From the NCBI GenBank assembly GCA_963811105.1, contig CAWEPZ010000011.1:288001-352000 (forward strand): a stretch of 64,000 bases of DNA, in the 5' to 3' direction. Origin of the DNA: Candidatus Bathyarchaeota archaeon (lineage in GTDB: Archaea > Thermoproteota > Bathyarchaeia > Bathyarchaeales > Bathycorpusculaceae). Positions 62,851-64,000 of the stretch are shown piece by piece. Under the pieces are notes generated by a model. The model had not been told where the DNA came from, did not search any database, and saw nothing but the letters and a program-made list of their open reading frames with translations. A program made the translations under genes and the position numbers. Within the stretch, counting starts at the first letter, position 1. Each line of letters starts with the position of its first letter.

Positions 62851-63567
62851 ATGGCATCGGCATCAACCACTCCAATGAGAAAGCCGTTTTATCTTCGTCC
62901 GCCCTGGAACATTCTGTTTGAAATAAGCAAACTTGAAAAGCTTACCCCATGGAACGTTAACATAGCTTACTTGTTACGCTCATTTCTAACTGAGATGGAA
63001 AGAACTGAAAACGTTGATTTTCGAGCTTCAGGCGTCGCCTTGGATTCTTCAGCTCTAATTTACTTGATGAAATCAAAACTATTGCTCACCTTACAAGAGC
63101 CACCGACGCTGCCTCCTAAAGGTCCAACAGATTTTGTTCCACCACCCCTTTTTCTGCCACTTCGACACGAGTTGACATCTACAACTATCCAACATTTGCT
63201 TGAAGTCTTAGACGATGTGTTAAAAGGTGAAAAACTGCTTCACTTAGAACACGCTGTTGCACAGCACCCTATTCTTCCAGCGGTAACAGATTTGCTGCCG
63301 CAATTCGACAGGCTTATGGCTGAAATAACCGTAGAAGTTGACAAATTATACGCTATTCTATGCGAGAAAGTTAAGGGGTCAGGAATAGTCGATTTCTCAA
63401 CCCTATCGAAAGATGCAACCCGAATTGAAGCTCTGAGAATGTTTATTTACCTCTTATTTTTAGCTCAGGATGGCCTAGTTAGCCTTTGGCAAAACGAGGA
63501 AACTGAAGAATTGTACATTGCTGTGGGGAAATTAAACGTTGGAAAAGCCGAAGGAACAACCAGCTGA
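62851..63567 (+). CDS. scpA: segregation and condensation protein A (kleisin)
   Basis: PWNVNI, YLMKSKLL, FIYLLFLAQ.G.V.L.Q; lies between smc and scpB. Confidence 0.9.
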   Translation: MASASTTPMRKPFYLRPPWNILFEISKLEKLTPWNVNIAYLLRSFLTEMERTENVDFRASGVALDSSALIYLMKSKLLLTLQEPPTLPPKGPTDFVPPPLFLPLRHELTSTTIQHLLEVLDDVLKGEKLLHLEHAVAQHPILPAVTDLLPQFDRLMAEITVEVDKLYAILCEKVKGSGIVDFSTLSKDATRIEALRMFIYLLFLAQDGLVSLWQNEETEELYIAVGKLNVGKAEGTTS

Positions 63568-64000
63568 GTCAAATCAGGATGCAGAGCAGATTCAGGATAC
63601 TGAGCGGAAAGCTCATCATATAGCACTCTTGGAAGCGGCTTTGTATGTGGCTGGTCGCCCATTAGACCTCAACGAGCTTTGTCAAGTCTTAGGAAGCCGA
63701 TCTAAAAAGAAAACACAAAAATATGCTGACATCCTCATGCAAGAATACGCCGCAAGAAATACTTCACTAGAAATCTTAGCTTTGAAGGATGAACGCTACG
63801 TCCTGCAAGTGAAGCCGCAATTTACGCCGCTAATCAAGAAACTTGTGAATCGACCGCTTTTGTCCGCTGGACCGCTGAAAACGCTTTCGTACATTGCTTA
63901 CCGACAGCCTGTTTCGCAAAAACGTGTGATTGATGTTAGGGGTCAACATGCGTATGGCCATGTAAAGTTGCTGAAGGATATGGATTTGATTGCTGCTGAA
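63539..64000 (+). CDS. scpB: segregation and condensation protein B, 3'-truncated by window edge
   Basis: LEAALYVAGRPL..LKTLSYIAYRQPVSQ..VRG; TTG start at 63539. Confidence 0.93.
   Translation, partial: MEKPKEQPAESNQDAEQIQDTERKAHHIALLEAALYVAGRPLDLNELCQVLGSRSKKKTQKYADILMQEYAARNTSLEILALKDERYVLQVKPQFTPLIKKLVNRPLLSAGPLKTLSYIAYRQPVSQKRVIDVRGQHAYGHVKLLKDMDLIAAE

Overview
Archaeal genomic DNA, most consistent with Bathyarchaeia (inference from TFB, smc-scpA-scpB, expanded PQQ-like beta-propeller surface proteins and GGTGA-type SD sites). Bases 1-24 kb are a decaying accessory region with small regulators, an extra TFB, redox and surface enzymes, pseudogenes and a complete IS256/ISH6-like element. 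The main feature is a ~25.4-kb integrative element (24337-49724). It is bounded by a perfect 10-bp direct repeat (CCTCGCGGTC) and 38-bp imperfect terminal inverted repeats, and ends in an intact tyrosine integrase. It sits inside a collagen-like surface-protein gene whose two halves rejoin in frame (317 aa) on precise excision. The backbone encodes a minimal PolX, a putative HTH+Rep_trans-like initiator/relaxase and many small DNA-binding proteins, with no recognisable capsid or conjugation genes. The cargo includes three divergent copies of an uncharacterised two-part module: a secreted His/Cys peptidase-like domain plus a membrane-anchored PepSY/YcdB-like partner, fused in one copy through an internal signal peptide. 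The window ends with two beta-propeller proteins, a PadR regulator and the smc-scpA-scpB operon. All calls come from reading the sequence by eye; no searches were run.
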